DNA of 64,000 nt from positions 32,001-96,000 of the forward strand of contig CANJVR010000005.1 of assembly GCA_947478395.1 (NCBI GenBank), given 5' to 3'. The notes beneath the pieces were generated by a model. It was given only the letters and a program-made list of their open reading frames with translations, was not told the DNA's origin and did no database searches. Numbering within the stretch: the first letter of the stretch is position 1; the number at the start of each line of letters is the position of its first letter. The position numbers and the translations under genes are program-made. Source of the stretch: Opitutia bacterium (lineage in GTDB: Bacteria > Verrucomicrobiota > Verrucomicrobiia > Opitutales > Opitutaceae). Positions 28,736 to 39,392 of the stretch are shown in pieces.

Positions 28736-30430
28736 ATGAAAACGAATTCGAAAACGATCGGCTTCACCCTTGCGCTAGTCGCGAGCACCTTGGCGACAGC
28801 GATAGAGGCCGCGCCGACGTCCAGCAGCAGCGATACTCCTACATCGTCCGCTTACACCAATCAGCTGCCGCCGGTTACCGTTACGGTGGACACCTACACG
28901 CCGAGTGTCTCGAGCTCGAACGATACCTCCTCCACCAGTTCTTTCGGCACCTTCAGCTCCAACTCGAGCACCTATACTTACTACTACCGGAACAACTATT
29001 TTTATTTCCCCCCCACGCTGCCCGCCTTGGGCGAACCGATCGGTCGCCGCACGAGTTCGCTGCTGATGTACATGAACTCGCCGGCATTTTCGGATCCGAT
29101 CACGCCGCAACTCTCGCCCTATGTCGGCGAGCTTTTTTATCCACCCCTCGCCACCCATCTCCACAACGAGGATCTCACCCGGGGGCAGCACGCCGCACTG
29201 GCAACCTATCGCGGCAATCGCGCGGCGTTGGTTTCCGCCCTGCGCACCAAATTGGAATCGCTCAAGGACGCGGATGGACCGACGCGGGAACGCGCTTTGG
29301 TCTCGTTTGCCCGGGAACAGGCCGCGCCAATCGACGCGCTGGAACAGGAAGCCGAGACCATTCGTGCCGATCTCGTTCAAGGTGGCTTCTTCAAATCGAG
29401 TGTGGCCTGGGACGATTGGGATGCCGTCCGCAGCTGGCGCCTCGGCGACGACCTGCGCTACGAGTCGCGTCTCGACGAGTTCAAGGTGATCCGCGCCGCC
29501 GCCTATTTCTACGCAAATCTCATCCCCGGCCAGCGCCGCTTGTTGCAGGAACTCGCCATGGAGTTGGACGAGCCGCTTACGGAACCAACCGCCGCGGTCG
29601 CGTTGGATGCGCCGGAGGCCCGCGTTTATTTCTCCCCCGAGACGGCCCGCGTTTTCATTCCCCGCAATCTGCCCGCCGATCTCGGCGCGAAGCTGGCGGC
29701 GTATCAAAAGGAGAAGGCTGCATTAAAAGAGGAAATTCGCGCCGCCATCTATAAACTCGACCGCAGTTTTTTCTATTTCACTCGCAAGAGCATCATGAAC
29801 CCGCTGGCCGACGCCCAGGCCCCGCGCATCGCAGCGCTCGAAAATCTCGCCGAAGAAATTCGCCGCGGTCTCGCGACCGTGCCAAATTCGTACCGCCCCC
29901 GTCGGGTGACCAGCTCCAATGAGCTCGCCGACCGCGTGGAAGTTTACATGCGCGAACGCCAGACGCTGTTGCGCGCCTTGCAGGACAAGCTGGCCTTGTC
30001 CCAGAAAATGTTCCCCACCGCGCGCATCGAATTCACGCGCATTGGCGAGGGCCAGGGCTTGAGCATCACGGCCAATCGGAAGCAGTCGAAATCCGAGTCG
30101 AAAAAGATCGAGGCCTACAAAACCGAGATCGCCCTTTTCAACGATGAACAGGAAAAGCGCTTCGTGAGCCTGGGCGCAATGAGGGCCGCGATCCGGGCCG
30201 ACTTGGCCAAGCTCGCTCCCGGCAACACGCCAGGAGGAACGCCTTCGGTCGATGACCTACTCCGGCGATTTGCGCGCGAATATCAGGAGCGGAGCATCTG
30301 GGAGCAGTACAGCGACTATGATGCGGCCGTATTCGAGCCCGGCCTAAGTCCCGGCCAGCGGCGGCTGCTGCTCGTCGCCGCTTTCCAGACGATGGATCCG
30401 CCGCTGCCCCGCGGCTCTCGTCAACCCTGA
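28736..30430 (+). CDS. Hypothetical exported helical-repeat protein with Ser/Thr-rich N-terminus
   Basis: Signal peptide (...TAIEA); YVGELFYPPL, LTRGQ, GLSPGQRRLL. Confidence 0.82.
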   Translation: MKTNSKTIGFTLALVASTLATAIEAAPTSSSSDTPTSSAYTNQLPPVTVTVDTYTPSVSSSNDTSSTSSFGTFSSNSSTYTYYYRNNYFYFPPTLPALGEPIGRRTSSLLMYMNSPAFSDPITPQLSPYVGELFYPPLATHLHNEDLTRGQHAALATYRGNRAALVSALRTKLESLKDADGPTRERALVSFAREQAAPIDALEQEAETIRADLVQGGFFKSSVAWDDWDAVRSWRLGDDLRYESRLDEFKVIRAAAYFYANLIPGQRRLLQELAMELDEPLTEPTAAVALDAPEARVYFSPETARVFIPRNLPADLGAKLAAYQKEKAALKEEIRAAIYKLDRSFFYFTRKSIMNPLADAQAPRIAALENLAEEIRRGLATVPNSYRPRRVTSSNELADRVEVYMRERQTLLRALQDKLALSQKMFPTARIEFTRIGEGQGLSITANRKQSKSESKKIEAYKTEIALFNDEQEKRFVSLGAMRAAIRADLAKLAPGNTPGGTPSVDDLLRRFAREYQERSIWEQYSDYDAAVFEPGLSPGQRRLLLVAAFQTMDPPLPRGSRQP

Positions 30431-30563
30431 GTCCCGCGCCCGGGAGTGGCCGGGATTTAAGCATCGGTATTTCACCCGCCAGCCACCCCGCGCGTCCTCA
30501 AGCCATGATCGGGGAAACCGCCGCCCGATACAGCGCCGCGGGTCCGCCAGCCCACGCCGAATT

Positions 30564-30592
30564 AACCGGCGCGTCGGGGATAAAGCCCTGCC
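30564..30592 (+). repeat. Partial family A REP-like element (3' end)
   Basis: AACCGGCGCGTCGGGGATAAAGCCCTGCC resembles AACCGGCGCGTTAAGGATAACACGCCCTACC; between convergent genes. Confidence 0.45.
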
Positions 30593-30608
30593 TTGTTTAG
30601 GCCCACTC

Positions 30609-31784
30609 TCACGCCACCGGCAGGGTGAAAAAAAACGTCGCGCCCGCGCCCGGGTTACTCTCCACGCGTACTTCTCCACCGTGCGCCTGGACGACGTGCT
30701 TCACGATTGCCAGTCCCAAGCCCGTGCCGCCCTGCTCGCGCGAGCGGGCTTTATCCGCCCGGTAGAATCGCTCGAAAATGCGCGCGCAAGCATCGGGCGC
30801 AATCCCGGGACCGTCATCACGCACCGCGACTTCCACCCGCTTGTCGATGACTTGCGCCGAAACGGCCGCCCGGCCTTCGAGCCGGCCGTATTTGATCGCG
30901 TTGTCGAGCAGGTTGGAAAGCACCTGCCGTAACCGGTCCGAATCGGCCTGCGCAATGAGATCGGCGGTCACGTTGTTTTCGAGCGTAAACCCGCGTGAGC
31001 CCGCGCGCATTTTAAGATCGTCGATCGCTTCCTGCACCGCGGCGCGCAACGAGACTGGCTGCAAATTCAAGCGCACGTTGCCCGAATCGAGCGTCGACAA
31101 CATCAAGAGGTCATCGATCAGCAACGTCAGCCGGTTCGCGTGCTTGTCGATGATCTGGAGAAACCGGGTGAGCGCGGCCGCATCGTCCTTACCGCCATCG
31201 AGCAGCGTTTCGGCCGCGCTCTTGATGAGCGAAAGCGGTGTACGCAATTCGTGGCTGACGTTGGCGACGAATTCCTGCCGGACGGCCTCCAGTTGACGCA
31301 GCCGGGTCAGATCGTGAAACACCAGAATCGCGCCATCCCACCGGCCGGCCGGGTCGCGCAACGCGAGCGCGTTGACCTGCAAAAAGCGCAGCGGGCCCAC
31401 GGCCTCCAGCCGCAATTCATGACCGAGAATTTCACCCTCCCGCTCCAGCCGCGTGGCGAGCGCCGCGACTTCATGATGCCGGGTCGCTTCGAGAATGGTA
31501 CAATCGGTCGCAGGGGGGGCGAACCCGAACAACGCCCCGGCCGCACGGTTGGCCACCCGGATGCGACCCGCCGCGTCGACCACGATCAAGCCCTCGACCA
31601 TGCGGTCAAAGAGCGCAACGGTGCGCTCCGTCTGCTCGCGCAACTCATCGACGCGATGCGCGCGCTGCTCCGCGAGATCACGGCGATGATTTTCCTCCGC
31701 CACAAGATGGCGTCTCCGCTCCAACCACCACGCCACCGCAAACGCTCCAGCGAGACTGCAGACAACGATGAGGGCAAATGTCAT
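30609..31784 (-). CDS. phoR: Phosphate regulon sensor histidine kinase
   Basis: TM-PAS-HisKA (FVANVSHELRTPL)-HATPase (NLLDNAIKY, DDGPGI, GGTGLGLAIVKH); downstream of phoB. Confidence 0.93.
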   Translation of the reverse strand: MTFALIVVCSLAGAFAVAWWLERRRHLVAEENHRRDLAEQRAHRVDELREQTERTVALFDRMVEGLIVVDAAGRIRVANRAAGALFGFAPPATDCTILEATRHHEVAALATRLEREGEILGHELRLEAVGPLRFLQVNALALRDPAGRWDGAILVFHDLTRLRQLEAVRQEFVANVSHELRTPLSLIKSAAETLLDGGKDDAAALTRFLQIIDKHANRLTLLIDDLLMLSTLDSGNVRLNLQPVSLRAAVQEAIDDLKMRAGSRGFTLENNVTADLIAQADSDRLRQVLSNLLDNAIKYGRLEGRAAVSAQVIDKRVEVAVRDDGPGIAPDACARIFERFYRADKARSREQGGTGLGLAIVKHVVQAHGGEVRVESNPGAGATFFFTLPVA

Positions 31785-31914
31785 GGAAAAATTATTGAGT
31801 CTCGTGCCTGAGGCTGACGAAGGTTTTTTGCCGGACCGCGCTGCTTCCCGTCCCGAGTTCCGATCCGGAACCGTCTCCCTTCAGGATGCGGACTGACGCA
31901 CGCCCCGGCTCCCC

Positions 31915-32604
31915 TCAATCCTCGGCCAGGCACCGGTAGCCGACGCCACGCACCGTTTCCAAATAGTGCGCCGATTCTCCCAGCTTCTCCCGCAGCCGGC
32001 GCATGTGGGTGTCGACCGTGCGACTGTCGATGGGGTTTTCGTAACCCCAGACATCCTGCAACAACCGGTCGCGCGATTGCACGCGGCCGCGGCGGCGGAC
32101 AAGAATTTCAAGGAGCTTGAACTCGGTTGCCGTCAAAACGAGAGGCTGGCCTGACAGGCTCACCTCATGCCGCGGCACGTCGATGTCGAGTTCGCCCAGA
32201 CGCAAGCGCGATCCAACTTCCTCGGAGGCCGCCTGACTGCGCGAGAGTAATTTCTTGATCCGCAGCACGAGTTCACGCGGGCTAAACGGTTTCGTGACGT
32301 AGTCGTCGGCGCCAAGTTCGAGGCCCAACACGCGATCCATCTCGGCGGCGCGAGCCGTCAGCATGATAACGGGAATCGACGCGGTGCCTGAATCGCGCCG
32401 GAGGATTTTGCACACCTCGAGTCCGTCGACCTCCGGGAGCATCAGGTCGAGTACGATCAGAGCCGGACGCTCATCGCGCGCGATGGCGATGGCGCGCGCG
32501 CCGTCCTTCGCGAAGAGGGGCACATAGCCGGCTTCGCGCAGCTTGAAGCCGAGGACTTCGAGCGCGTCCGGCTCGTCGTCAACGATGAGGATTTTCGACT
32601 TCAT
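31915..32604 (-). CDS. phoB: OmpR-family response regulator, PhoB
   Basis: IVDDE, LDLMLP, GADDYVTKPFSPREL, RTVDTHMRRLREKL; in pst-phoU operon. Confidence 0.9.
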   Translation of the reverse strand: MKSKILIVDDEPDALEVLGFKLREAGYVPLFAKDGARAIAIARDERPALIVLDLMLPEVDGLEVCKILRRDSGTASIPVIMLTARAAEMDRVLGLELGADDYVTKPFSPRELVLRIKKLLSRSQAASEEVGSRLRLGELDIDVPRHEVSLSGQPLVLTATEFKLLEILVRRRGRVQSRDRLLQDVWGYENPIDSRTVDTHMRRLREKLGESAHYLETVRGVGYRCLAED

Positions 32605-33259
32605 GGGATTTGGCAGCGGTGTGGCGAATATCCTTCGCCTCGTACAAATAGACGACTTCCTCGGCGATGTTCGTCGCGTGATCGGCGATACGCTCGAGGC
32701 TCTTGGAAATCACCATCAGGTTAAGGCAGCGGGAAATGTTGGAAGGGCGCTCGACCATGTAACTCGAAAGCTCGCGGTGGAGCTGGCGGTTGAGGTTGTC
32801 GACTTCCGTGTCCCGCGGCACCACGGCCCGAGCGCGCTCGGGATCGCGGTTGATGAAAGCGGTGATGCCTTCGCGCAACATCTCGAGGGCCATCGTGGCC
32901 ATGCGCGGCAGATCGACGTAAGGTTTGAGCTGCGGCTCCGCGCCGAGCTCGATAGCGCGGCGGGTAATGGTCACGGCTTCGTCGCCGACGCGCTCGAGGT
33001 TCTGGGAAATTTTCATCGCGACGGTGATGAGACGGAGTTCGGTCGCGAGCGGGGCCTTCGTGAGGAGATGGATGGCCGTGTCATCGATCTCGACTTCGAA
33101 CTGGTCGAGAATCGCATCGTCCTGTTGCACCTGACGGGCCAGCGCATCATCGCGCTCGACCAAGGATCGCATCGCACGGGCCACGGCCGACTCGGCGTGG
33201 CTCGACATCGCCAAAAGACTTTCCTTCAGGCGCGTCATTTCTTCGGAGTAGTGGGTCAT
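32579..33259 (-). CDS. phoU: Phosphate signalling complex protein PhoU
   Basis: LERVGD, LERIADHATNIAEEVVY. Confidence 0.95.
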   Translation of the reverse strand: MTHYSEEMTRLKESLLAMSSHAESAVARAMRSLVERDDALARQVQQDDAILDQFEVEIDDTAIHLLTKAPLATELRLITVAMKISQNLERVGDEAVTITRRAIELGAEPQLKPYVDLPRMATMALEMLREGITAFINRDPERARAVVPRDTEVDNLNRQLHRELSSYMVERPSNISRCLNLMVISKSLERIADHATNIAEEVVYLYEAKDIRHTAAKSHEVENPHR

Positions 33260-33269
33260 TGGTGAAAAG

Positions 33270-33362
33270 AAGTATGAAGTAACACGGATCCGCTATCAGT
33301 AAGGGATCAGTTCGAATGAGAAGGGTTCTCGGCCCTTACCACTTGTCACTTGAAACTTACCG
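33270..33362. repeat. Inverted heptamer arrays
   Basis: AAGTATG AAGTAAC on the left; CTTACCA CTTGTCA CTTGAAA CTTACCG on the right. Confidence 0.55.
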
Positions 33363-33369
33363 CAGTGTT

Positions 33370-34245
33370 TTAGCCAAACCGCCCCGAGACGTAGGCCTCA
33401 GTCTGTGGATTGGCGGGATTCATGAAGATATTTCGCGTATCGGCGTATTCGATGAGTTTGCCGATGTAGAAAAACGCCGTTTTGTCAGAGCAGCGCGCGG
33501 CCTGCTGCATGTTGTGCGTCACGATCACGATGGTAAATTTCGTCCGCAGTTCCTGAATCAATTCCTCCACCTTCGCCGTGGCGATGGGATCGAGCGCCGA
33601 ACACGGCTCATCCATCAGGATGATCTCCGGCTCCACCGCAATGGCCCGAGCGATGCAGAGGCGCTGTTGCTGTCCGCCGGAGAGGCCAAGACCGGAAGTG
33701 TGCAACCGGTCCTTCACTTCCTCCCAGAGCGCGGCGCCGCGCAGGGATTTTTCGACGACCGCGTCGAGATCCGACTTGCTGTTACGACCCTGCAAGCGAA
33801 GTCCGTAGGTGATGTTTTCGTAGATCGATTTCGGGAATGGATTTGATTTCTGAAACACCATGCCGACGCGTTTGCGTAGCTCGATCACGTCGACACTCCG
33901 GTCGTAGATATCAATCCCACGGATCTTGATCGAGCCCTGCGCGACGCGCGTGCCCTCGATCAGGTCGTTCATGCGGTTGAGACAGCGGAGCAAGGTGGAC
34001 TTTCCGCAGCCGGATGGGCCGATAAAAGCCGTCACCTTTTTGTGCTCAATCTTGAGGCTGATATCATGGAGGGCCTGCGAGGCCCCGTAGAAAAAATCGA
34101 CGTGGTCGATGTCGATCAAGGTTTCGCCGACCAACGCTTCCCGCGCAGCAGGGGCCGACGCGACCGGGGCGGGCGCAACGGTGGAGCGGGCGGCGGGCGG
34201 CAGCGTGGATGTCCTGATATCCATTTTAGAAGAAGTGGCGGTCAT
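33370..34245 (-). CDS. pstB: Phosphate ABC transporter ATP-binding protein
   Basis: [49 protein letters not shown]; start approximate. Confidence 0.96.
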   Translation of the reverse strand: MTATSSKMDIRTSTLPPAARSTVAPAPVASAPAAREALVGETLIDIDHVDFFYGASQALHDISLKIEHKKVTAFIGPSGCGKSTLLRCLNRMNDLIEGTRVAQGSIKIRGIDIYDRSVDVIELRKRVGMVFQKSNPFPKSIYENITYGLRLQGRNSKSDLDAVVEKSLRGAALWEEVKDRLHTSGLGLSGGQQQRLCIARAIAVEPEIILMDEPCSALDPIATAKVEELIQELRTKFTIVIVTHNMQQAARCSDKTAFFYIGKLIEYADTRNIFMNPANPQTEAYVSGRFG

Positions 34246-34269
34246 TGACGGCGGAGGCAACCCGGGCGG

Positions 34270-35322
34270 TCACCATTTGTAGCGATTGCGAAGCTGGTTG
34301 CGGAGCACGATGGAGGCGGTGGCGATGAGCGCGACGATCATCAAAAAGACAAACGCGGTCCCGTATTGGACGCGCTCCGTGTACTCGTTCTGCGGGATCT
34401 TCGAGCTCACGACGTAAATGTGGTAAGGCAGCGCCATCACGCCCTGGAAAAAGAAATCGTTCACTGAGGTGAGGCCTTCCCACGGCAGTTTGTCCCGCAC
34501 CACGTAGGCGGCGGTGAACATGATCGGTGCCGTCTCGCCGGCGACGCGTGCGATGCCAAGAATGGACGACGTGAGGATGCCGGGCAATGCGTAGGGCAGG
34601 ACGTTCTTGCGGATCGTCTGCCACTTGGTCGCGCCAAGGGCGAGCGAACCCTCCCGAAACCCCTTGGGCACCGCCTTGAGTGATTCCTCCGAGGCGGTGA
34701 TCACCACGGGCAGGACCATGAACGCGAGCGTGAACCAGCCGGCGAGGAGCGAGACGTTCCAGCCAAAGAAAATCACGAACATGCCGAAACCGAAAAGCCC
34801 GAAGACGATTGAGGGCACCCCCGCGAGGTTGAGAATCGCCAGGCGGATGAACCGGATGAATTTTCCGTCACGGGCGTATTCGCTCAGGTAGATCGCCGCG
34901 GCCACGCCCAGGAGCAACGCGATCGTCATCGAGCCAATCACCAACAGCACGGTGCCAACGATCGCCGGAAAAATACCGCCCGCCGAGTAGACGTAGCTCT
35001 CGGATTTCACCGTGGCGACCGCCGGGTTACGCTCGAGGAAGGCACGGTAGTCCCGATCGCCGAGCTCCATTTTCTTGCCTTCGTATTCAAACACGTGGAG
35101 CGATTCGGGGGCCGAAGTCAGGAACGTGGTGTTGATGAACGGGGCTTCCTTTTTGAACAGGATCGGAGCGCCGCGGAACACGATCGTGAAAAGCACCGCG
35201 GCGCCGCACAGCAGCACAAAGTAAGTCGCGCCGCGGAACAGCCAGAACAGCACGCGCTCCCAGCTCCGGGCCGCGGACGGCTTGGTCACAAAATCGTGGG
35301 CGGTCGAAGTGGCGGGATTCAT
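34270..35322 (-). CDS. pstA: Phosphate ABC transporter permease
   Basis: [41 protein letters not shown]. Confidence 0.95.
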   Translation of the reverse strand: MNPATSTAHDFVTKPSAARSWERVLFWLFRGATYFVLLCGAAVLFTIVFRGAPILFKKEAPFINTTFLTSAPESLHVFEYEGKKMELGDRDYRAFLERNPAVATVKSESYVYSAGGIFPAIVGTVLLVIGSMTIALLLGVAAAIYLSEYARDGKFIRFIRLAILNLAGVPSIVFGLFGFGMFVIFFGWNVSLLAGWFTLAFMVLPVVITASEESLKAVPKGFREGSLALGATKWQTIRKNVLPYALPGILTSSILGIARVAGETAPIMFTAAYVVRDKLPWEGLTSVNDFFFQGVMALPYHIYVVSSKIPQNEYTERVQYGTAFVFLMIVALIATASIVLRNQLRNRYKW

Positions 35323-35326
35323 GTGC

Positions 35327-36928
35327 TCAGCCGATGGAAATACGATAGCGACGCACCACACCCTGCGCGACGTAGTTGATGCCGAGCGAAAGGAAGAACA
35401 ACGCGATCCCGATCATGAACAGCGCGCGGTAGTGAATGCTGCCCTGCACCACTTCGCCCATTTCCTGTGCGATGATGCCGGTCATCGTGTGGACCGGCTG
35501 CGTGACGACGGCGAGTCCCGCCGTGAAATCGGGAATCGCGATCCGGTTGCCGGCGCAAAGCAGCACGACCATCGTTTCGCCGATCACCCGCCCGAGCCCT
35601 AGCAGAATAGCGGAAATAATGCCGGACAGCGACGCCGGCACGATGATCTTGATCACCGTCTGCAGCCGGGTCGCACCGAGGGCATACGAAGCTTCCTTGA
35701 ACGCCCGCGGCACGTTGTTCAGCGCGTCCTCCGCCAGTGTGAAAATCGTCGGGACCGCGAGCAGCGCGAGCAGGCAGCCCGCGGTGAGAATGTTCAGGCG
35801 CTCCGAATAGGGAAAGCCGGGGATCCAGGACAGCCACGAGATTTGGGACGCCGCGCGCAGACCCTGCCCGAGCACCGCAATTCCGAAAAATCCGAGCACG
35901 ACCGATGGAAACGCGGAAATGAACTCAATGGAGGGCTTGATAAAACTTTGCTCCGACTTCGAAGCGATCTGGTTCACATATATCGCCGCCCCCACCCCGA
36001 GCGGCACGGCAATGAGCAAAGCCACGCACGACACCATCAGCGAGCCGACAAAAAGCGGGAGGATGCCGTACCAGTCCTGCCAGGAACTCGCCGTCTGCCA
36101 TTCACGGCCAAGGAAGAATCCGGCGACTGACTGCCGCATCGGGACCTCCCGGCGGAAATCCCAGTCCGTGAGATCTCTCTCCACCGCGGAAAAGGTCTTC
36201 ACGTAGTCGCGGGTCAGCTCTTTGAACCGATCCATCCGCGCCCCTAATCCTGGCCCGGACAGCGAGGGCGCAGCTGCGAGGACCTCGTTCAGCTTGGCCG
36301 CGAACTCGGTGTTCAGCGCTTTAAACGCCGGCAGAGTTCCGACGATCGGCTTTAATTCCTCTGCGAAATTGACGGCCTGAATGGCCACTTTGCCCGCGTC
36401 ACTAGCCCGGTTTTGCGCGAGCAATTGGAGGCTCTCCTGCACCTTGTTCTCGTTGTTGGCGAATTTCTCTTTGATGGCGGTCGCGAGTTCCGTGAGCTCT
36501 GAAAGCAGGCGGCGAACCGGCACCACCGCTCCGTCATACTGTTCCGCAAAAGTATCGAAGCCCGCCAACGCGGCATTCGCGTCCTCGGCGGAAAGCTTCT
36601 TCTCGGCCGTCAGATAAACATATTGCCGCAACCGGATGTCGGACAAATAGCGCGTGAGCGCCATGTGGTCCTTCACCTCGGCGCGAATGAAGTCCACGTA
36701 TTCCAGGCCCGCCTGACGGTAGACGAGAATGTTCTGCCGGTTCTGCCCGAAAAACCCGGCGCCTTCGCGAAACAAGAAATAGGTGATCAGGGCGAGCACC
36801 ACAATTGAGATCACCGCGTTGCCGCCGAAAAAAACCTTGATGCAGTCGTCCAGCGTGAGGCCGAAGAGTTTGATTTTGCTCTTGTTCGCTAGAAAATGAG
36901 CCGGCGCGGCGGAGTCCGGTTTATTCAT
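35327..36928 (-). CDS. pstC: Phosphate ABC transporter permease with large extracytoplasmic insertion
   Basis: [39 protein letters not shown]. Confidence 0.94.
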   Translation of the reverse strand: MNKPDSAAPAHFLANKSKIKLFGLTLDDCIKVFFGGNAVISIVVLALITYFLFREGAGFFGQNRQNILVYRQAGLEYVDFIRAEVKDHMALTRYLSDIRLRQYVYLTAEKKLSAEDANAALAGFDTFAEQYDGAVVPVRRLLSELTELATAIKEKFANNENKVQESLQLLAQNRASDAGKVAIQAVNFAEELKPIVGTLPAFKALNTEFAAKLNEVLAAAPSLSGPGLGARMDRFKELTRDYVKTFSAVERDLTDWDFRREVPMRQSVAGFFLGREWQTASSWQDWYGILPLFVGSLMVSCVALLIAVPLGVGAAIYVNQIASKSEQSFIKPSIEFISAFPSVVLGFFGIAVLGQGLRAASQISWLSWIPGFPYSERLNILTAGCLLALLAVPTIFTLAEDALNNVPRAFKEASYALGATRLQTVIKIIVPASLSGIISAILLGLGRVIGETMVVLLCAGNRIAIPDFTAGLAVVTQPVHTMTGIIAQEMGEVVQGSIHYRALFMIGIALFFLSLGINYVAQGVVRRYRISIG

Positions 36929-36952
36929 CGTGCGAAGGGAGCCAGATTATTG

Positions 36953-36991
36953 AAGAAAAAGCCCGCCGACGTTCGGTCAAGCGGGCTCTTT
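36953..36991 (-). terminator. GC-rich hairpin plus U-tract after pstS (intrinsic terminator or mRNA-stabilising stem)
   Basis: Minus strand AGCCCGC-loop-GCGGGCT followed by TTTTCTT. Confidence 0.7.
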
Positions 36992-37016
36992 CCAGGTGAG
37001 ATCGTGGTGACGAGCG

Positions 37017-37844
37017 TTATTCCGTCTTCGCCGTGACCGGCGCGACCATTCCGATGCTTTCGCTTTCGACAATCTTCTTCCCTTCGTCGCTCAGGGTGAA
37101 ATCGATGAACTTCTTGGCTTCACCGGTCGCTTCGCCGTTCGTGTAAAAGAAGGTTGGGCGGGCGAAGGCATATTTCTTCGTGAGCACGGTTTCCTTGCTC
37201 GGCATCACACCGTCGACGGACAACACCTTAATGCCGGCCTCGCGAATGTAAGCGAGTCCCACATAGCCGACGCCGGCCGGATTCTTGGCGACCTCGGACA
37301 CGATCTGCTCGTTGCCGGCCATCTTTTGCGACGACGAGGCGTAATCGATGCCGTTCATCGCCAGGGTGCGGAAGTCCGCGTAGGTGCCCGACGAGGTGTT
37401 ACGGGTGTAGATGGAGATCTTGCCGGCGCTGCCGCCCACTGCCGACCAATCGGTCACGCCACCCGAGAAAATCTTCTCGATCTGGGTCTTGGTCAATTTG
37501 GCGATCGGGTTGGCCGCATTGACGATGATCGCGATCCCGTCGTGGGCCACGATGATTGGCTTCAAGGTCACGCCCTTGGCCGAGGCCGCGGACACCTCGG
37601 TGGCTTTTGCACGCCGGGACGACATGCCGATCTGAGCGGTGCCATCGGTGATGGCGGCGATGCCCGTGGTCGAGCCTTCCGCGGCGATCTCAAAAGAGAC
37701 GCCTGGATTCTTCGCGACATAGGCTTCCTTGAGCAGGGGAACGAGTTTTGCGCCGAGGGTATCGGAGCCCTTGATCACGAGCTTTTGAGCGTGAGCGGCG
37801 GTGGCAAATGCGAGCGCCGCGATGATGAGAATAGATTTTTTCAT
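37017..37844 (-). CDS. pstS: Phosphate-binding protein
   Basis: Signal peptide; IKGSDT, GSTTGI, IGMSSR, RNTSSGT, ARPTFFYT. Confidence 0.93.
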   Translation of the reverse strand: MKKSILIIAALAFATAAHAQKLVIKGSDTLGAKLVPLLKEAYVAKNPGVSFEIAAEGSTTGIAAITDGTAQIGMSSRRAKATEVSAASAKGVTLKPIIVAHDGIAIIVNAANPIAKLTKTQIEKIFSGGVTDWSAVGGSAGKISIYTRNTSSGTYADFRTLAMNGIDYASSSQKMAGNEQIVSEVAKNPAGVGYVGLAYIREAGIKVLSVDGVMPSKETVLTKKYAFARPTFFYTNGEATGEAKKFIDFTLSDEGKKIVESESIGMVAPVTAKTE

Positions 37845-37880
37845 GGTGAATGAAGATTGAGTGCGAAGGAGAGGAACGGA

Positions 37881-39194
37881 TTAGAATTTTACGACGAGAT
37901 CGACCAACAGTTCATGGGAACGGTTCATATTTCCGAGTGAGAACGCCATGTTCTTCTGGATGATTTTCGTGTCGAAATAGGTGACGTTGAAGTTGGCGAA
38001 GTCCGTCAGGTTGTAGCTGAGCGCGAGCTTGAAGCCCTTCTGGTTGAGTTTGCTGAAGCCCCAGTCGGAATCGTTGATATTGGGGTCTTCGGCGCCGATG
38101 CCGACTTCGCGGTAGTCGAGCTTGGCGCTATAGTCACCCTGGACTTTCCCGGTGCCGTAGCTGTAGCCCACGCCGCCAAGCCAAGCGGTCGCGCCCTTGC
38201 TGAATGACGCCGGATTCAGGCCGTAAACTTTGTACACCCGAGTCTCGGCTTCCGTGTTGTAGGAAGAATCCCAGTAGAATTTCAGGGCCGAACCCGGGCC
38301 GTTCAGGTTAGCCAGGTTCACTTCGCCCGCGAACGTGAAATAATTCTGCGCCCGCACCGAACCGACGTAAGCCGCGGAATTGAGCGGTGTCGCGGTGATG
38401 GTAGATTGGTTGTACGCCGAGTAACCGGGAGCGATGATCACGCTGCTGAGATTCTCCGGGCCGAACCACTTCGTGTAAACGGCCTGTTGTTCGAACAACC
38501 ATGTGTCGCGACCGGCCGGGCCAGGGGTGGCTTCGGAGCGATCTTCCATGGCGTGCTGCATCGCGCGGATTTCAAACGTGTCCTTCGCGCCGATGAAATA
38601 CTTGTAGATCTCGCTGATGCCTTGCGGACTGATGTCGGCGTCCCAGCGCATTTCGGTCGTGTAGAACGGATTCTTCTGCTTTCCGAGCACGAAGGCCCAG
38701 TTCAGATTCGGCTGCCAGCCCACGTAAGCGCGGGCGAGGAAAACGCCGTAATCATCGGCCGTGGTGACAAAAGTTTGATTGGCGGAATCGTTCGACTGAC
38801 CGCTCTCAAGCGCAAAGCCAGCGTTCCAACCTTTTTGGAGCAGCACGTCACCGTTGAAACGGAAACGGAAGCGCTGACGTGAGGTTTCGTTCACGAGCGT
38901 CGCCGCGCCAGCCGCGGTCTCAGGGACCTGGGCATTGTTTTCGTAGCGAATGCGCATGTCGCCCGAGAGCTTCAACTCAACGAGCGAAGAACTCAGGTTC
39001 ATCTTTCCCGCGGAGGTGTTGGTGGCAAAGTCCTTCGTCAGCTCGGCGCGGAGGTCTTCCGACTCCTGATCGGTGACGAGGCCCTTTTTCACGAGCAGAT
39101 TGAGGAGAGCGCCGCTATCCTGCGCGACAAGAGAGCCGGCGGACAGAACAACGCCGCCGAGAGCGGCGAGCCAGAGAGATTTCTTGAACAACAT
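37881..39194 (-). CDS. Putative outer-membrane porin (Porin_5-like), probable phosphate porin
   Basis: Signal peptide, LLNLLVKKG helical N-terminus, SGDMRIRYE, R.RFRFR, C-terminal aromatic (LVVKF); first gene of pst operon. Confidence 0.82.
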   Translation of the reverse strand: MLFKKSLWLAALGGVVLSAGSLVAQDSGALLNLLVKKGLVTDQESEDLRAELTKDFATNTSAGKMNLSSSLVELKLSGDMRIRYENNAQVPETAAGAATLVNETSRQRFRFRFNGDVLLQKGWNAGFALESGQSNDSANQTFVTTADDYGVFLARAYVGWQPNLNWAFVLGKQKNPFYTTEMRWDADISPQGISEIYKYFIGAKDTFEIRAMQHAMEDRSEATPGPAGRDTWLFEQQAVYTKWFGPENLSSVIIAPGYSAYNQSTITATPLNSAAYVGSVRAQNYFTFAGEVNLANLNGPGSALKFYWDSSYNTEAETRVYKVYGLNPASFSKGATAWLGGVGYSYGTGKVQGDYSAKLDYREVGIGAEDPNINDSDWGFSKLNQKGFKLALSYNLTDFANFNVTYFDTKIIQKNMAFSLGNMNRSHELLVDLVVKF

Positions 39195-39233
39195 GATGGT
39201 CTGGATTGGAGGTTGGTTGGTTAAAACTCCGTC

Positions 39234-39278
39234 AGACTACGCCACGATTGTTACAAACACATGGCGGCCTTGTGACAA
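39234..39278 (-). promoter_or_regulatory. Pho box (three 11-bp-period half-sites) and -10 element of the porin-pst-pho operon
   Basis: Minus strand TTGTCAC-N4-CCGCCAT-N4-TTGTAAC, then exactly 10 nt, then TAGTCT. Confidence 0.8.
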
Positions 39279-39392
39279 ACCAGCAAAACGGCCGCGCTCG
39301 ACCCCTCCAGGGGTCAAATGTACAGGGCCGTTGATCGCCTTCGCGCTTTCGCGCCGGAAATCAATTCAACGCCCAAACCGCAACCCGCCACT

